From Octopus vulgaris (lineage: Eukaryota): a stretch of DNA of 64,000 bases. Made by a program: the position numbers and the translations under genes. The stretch covers positions 39,184,001-39,248,000 of the forward strand of contig OX597822.1 of NCBI GenBank assembly GCA_951406725.2, given 5' to 3'. Positions 30,382 through 64,000 of the stretch are shown piece by piece. Position 1 is the first letter of the stretch; the number at the start of each line of letters is the position of its first letter. Under the pieces are notes generated by a model that did not search any database, was not told the origin of the DNA, and saw nothing but the letters and a program-made list of their open reading frames with translations.

Positions 30382-30796
30382 TTATATGTACACGTATGTG
30401 CGTATGTATGTATGTATCTATGTATGACTTATGTGCGTATGTGTTTGTGTCTTTGAGTAAGATGTTTATATACAGATATTTTTTATGTTTTCTTGTTGTT
30501 CTTTATGTCATTATCTTTCGATAGGAGTTTTCGGTTTGTATTTTATGTTGATGTTGTTGTTGCTTTTGTCAGTCTTGCTGTGTTTCCTTGAAATCGGGAA
30601 TCGTTTAAAAGCTGTAGTTACAATGTCGGATCCTCTTGTCCTAACACAACTGAAGAGAAATGGAAGACCACAGCTTGAGCAACTGAAGAGTGGCATTCTT
30701 GTTCACCATTTGGATTTGGATAACTTCTGGTTGTTATTGTTCTTTTTCTTTTTTTAATGTTGTTGGTGTTGTTATTGTTGAAAGTTCTGGAAGTTT
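24660..30796 (-). other. Probable terminal exon with a ~6 kb 3'UTR
   Basis: Acceptor tttgtttttcacag| at 30797. Microsatellite-rich, but no copies of the SINEs that fill the flanks were seen. Candidate ATTAAA at 24684-24679. The 3' end is approximate. Confidence 0.55.
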
Positions 30797-30927
30797 CTGT
30801 GAAAAACAAACATAGAAATGCGTTATATACATGTGATTATGTATCTGTGTGTGTGAATATATATATATTTATATATATATATATGTATGTATATATACGG
30901 TAAATAATAATGATAATAATAATAATG

Positions 30928-30995
<68 letters not shown>

Positions 30996-32164
30996 AATAA
31001 TAATAATAATAATAATAATGATAATATAATAGTTTATAGCAAAACCAGATGTAAGCTAACGAAGTTCATAAGGTAATTATTTATTCCTTTAGGGGGACAA
31101 GGTTAAAAAGAAGCAATGTCTGGTTACTTAGTATAAAGTACTGAAAAATATGTCTACGAATGAGTAAAACAGTTAATCCATTATCGTTTGTCCCACAATA
31201 TACGAGTAAACACAAATTGATAATTCTAGAATATTAATCATACCAAATTATTGATGTGCTAATTATTGTGATATGGATTAGAGAGAATAATCTGTGGGAT
31301 TTTTATCCATAATTAACGATTTAATTTTTGGTGCTTTTAATTTTTGCTTCAATTAACTGATGGATTACGTCTGAATATATTATTGATTCCGCGTTACTAG
31401 TGATCGTATTTCTCTTTTGGAATAAACCAGTATGTTTCTTTGAAATACATAAATTACAAAGATTAGTGTATTGGTTGGAGTTTTATGTGTAGTACACAAT
31501 TTACTATCTGATGTAAAAATTATTACATAATTCTTTAAATCTAAATATATTTCGAGGAAGTAGTATCCGCTCATATGGTCAGAGTACTGAAGGTATACCT
31601 ATGTTGGTTGTATCACAATTTGAATGTTTTTGTTTTAACTATTTAAAAAAAATTCCTTTAGAGGAAATGGTTGTACTTATGGCATTTGGTGGCCCTTCGA
31701 CATCATTGAAATCGTCAAAGTAAACGTTCCCTTTTAATAATGTTTAGTCATCTATTTCATGACACAAATGTGGAAAGGGACGGAGTTCTAGAGGTGAATT
31801 CTGAATTGGAATGCTTTGGTGTAGTACTTAGTGTAGGGCCAGTGGTTGAAAACAAATCAAGGAGCAGAAGTAACAAGAGTAACTTAACTATGAGTCCACT
31901 GCATGGTATATCAGAAACATCTAATGAAGTTCTTACGATAATTGATTATTTCTTTGTCCTCTTATTTTCTTATTACCGCTCTATACTCGACTAACGCTTC
32001 GTTCTGAAGCATTGTCTTCTGAATTCTGCACGAGGTTATTAGTATCAGAATACTTAAGCGAAGTACTGAAATGCAAAATGTAATTGTACACACAGAAACA
32101 TCTTGTAAAACTACGACTACTCACAATTTATACGTAATGGCCTCCTTCTCTTCCGGTTTCCTAG

Positions 32165-62084
<29,920 letters not shown>

Positions 62085-62959
62085 AGTGACAGCGAGTGTC
62101 GTGATGAGCCTGAATGGAAATGGAAGATAGAGAGAGAGAGAGAGGGAGAGAGAGAGAGAGAGAGGTGAAAATCTGATAATGTTGGCAAAGAGATAGATAT
62201 GATGATGGTAATAGCCATAGTAAAAAAAAAAGCATTCACACATATGTATGTATATATGTATGTACAGGAGAGTAATGAATACATTGGTTTAATTGTCAAT
62301 CCATTTAAATTACAGAAACACTTTCAGAAACCCAGCCAGACGTTCAGACATTACTATAACTCTATAATATATATGTGAAAGCGCAATGACCCAGTTATTA
62401 GGGCAGCGGGCTTGCGGTTTCAATTCCCAGACCGGGCTTTATGTGTGTTTATTGAGCGAAAACACCTAAAAGCTCCAAGGTAGAGGGTGGTGGAGACCCC
62501 TGTTGCACTCTTTCGCCACAACTTTCTCTCACTCTCTCTTCCTGTTTCTTGAGTAACGCTGCGATGGACTGGCGTCCCGTCCAGCTGGGTGGGGGGAGCA
62601 CATACACCACAGAAACCGGGAAACCGGGCCCATGAGCCTGGATAGGCTTGAAAAGGGTGACGTTTATCGTTTTATAATATATATGCCTTCCCCAACTGGA
62701 TGGGCGTTGTCCTACTGGAAGCTCATTCGCCCTTCGACAGATCTTGTTATTAGTCCTGCTGGGTGTCCAGACACCCATCTCACAAGAGTAGCAAGCTGCT
62801 CAAGAGAGGGGAGCCGGTTCAGTTGCTGACCATTCAGTCACGAAGCAGGTACTATTTGTTTGTATGGTACCACTAGCAGGTTTCATCAGCCTAAGATTTG
62901 CGACCTTGCTAGCCGCTTAATATACACATTCATGCATATGTATGCTGTGCTACTTTGTG

Positions 62960-63006
<47 letters not shown>

Positions 63007-63476
63007 GGTAAGGAAGGTGTGCCACAGTGTTCATTAGGGCATGTGTCTTAAACATCCTCTGATAACCGATTCCAAATCCTAACATTCTCATGTAGTTTAG
63101 CCCTTAAATCCAGGGGGACTCTTTTCTCTTGATACGGAAGAATGTGGGCGAAGGGTGGAACAATAAAAATCAATGCTTTCGGTTGGTTGCAACTTGTCTA
63201 GAAAAAAAAATTGTCGCTCATTATACACTCATAGACTCGTGTATACCTGTGTTTCAAAAGGGCCAGCTTTGTCACATTCTGTGTCACGCTAAATCCCCCT
63301 GAAAACAACGTTTAGGGCACGCGTATCTGTGAAGCACTCAACCACTTAAACGTTAATTTTAAGAGCATCTCTGGCTACATTAGACGCATGACAAATTCTT
63401 GATATACCTAAGAAACTATAAAGTAAAGAAAAATATAGCAAGTCTTATGAGCCGGCATATACAGCACCTTCCAGAG

Positions 63477-63775
63477 CAGGGGTCGGCAAACCGGAGTAAA
63501 TTACCCTTAGTAGGGTAAAAATGAAATTCTTACTTATGTCTAATGAAGACTCATTAGTCGTAATTAAGAATACATAAAAAAACGTGTTTCTTGTTATGAC
63601 AAATTTTTGTTTTGGCAACCCTGTTCAATATGTTTAGGAGACGTCACGCCAAATTGATTCAATAAAATTTTAATTTCAAAGAATCTATGATTTTCGTCCT
63701 TTCAAATCTAGCGGGTAACGTTGGGGTATATAAATATATTTTGGAGTAATTGGTTAAAAAGTTGCCCGACCCCTG
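63477..63775. mobile_element. hAT-type MITE
   Basis: CAGGGGTCGGCAAAC ... GTTGCCCGACCCCTG; 8-bp flanks TTCCAGAG / TTCAAGAG (7/8). Confidence 0.8.
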
Positions 63776-64000
63776 TTCAAGAGCGAACACGTATAAGAAG
63801 TGGTCGTCGCATGTGGTCCGCACACTTCGCAAAGCCAACGCTACTCTAACTGTTACACAACACGTCTCTCATCTCTCTACGCAACACATTAGTTGCCCCG
63901 CTTCTCCAAGACACTCCACATGGTCGTCACACACGGCTGTACATCACCGTATGCCAGTGTGTAGAAAGTCTGGACCCAGAATGAACATAATAAGTACAAT

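Noticed and set aside
30511-30696. ORF MPLFSCSSCGLPFLFSC... as the missing TGF-beta ligand domain
   Set aside because: Only three cysteines with the wrong spacing, and it is not in the gene's reading frame.
31962-32124. Alternative 59-nt intron (acceptor ttttgcatttcag at 32066) leading to a ligand exon
   Set aside because: It yields LLRLSILILITSCRIQK...RK*, which has no cystine-knot pattern, and the intron would be very short.

Overview
Repeat-saturated animal genomic DNA. The dense (TA)n/(TACA)n/(TAA)n microsatellites and tRNA-derived SINEs suggest an octopus or other coleoid cephalopod (inference). One host gene can be rebuilt by hand on the minus strand: seven phase-consistent coding exons (62084->32165, 999 nt) encode a 332-aa secreted protein with a signal peptide and a TGF-beta-family (activin/myostatin-like) prodomain. 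No cystine-knot growth-factor domain was found in the window. The ORF stops at CAA-TGA-CTAG, a well-known stop-codon readthrough context. It continues in frame as LGNRKRRRPLRIN (furin-type site) up to a splice donor. The 27 nt after the stop can pair with a segment of the next exon, which splicing brings to 139 nt away, resembling a readthrough-stimulating stem. The rest is mobile DNA: a decayed Tc1 element, R4/Dong-like, Tx1/L1-like and RTE-like LINE fragments, Penelope-like remnants and derived short elements with hammerhead-ribozyme motifs, Helitrons, MITEs and three SINE families. Most ORFs in the supplied track are microsatellite artefacts. All calls were made by eye; no searches or folding programs were run.
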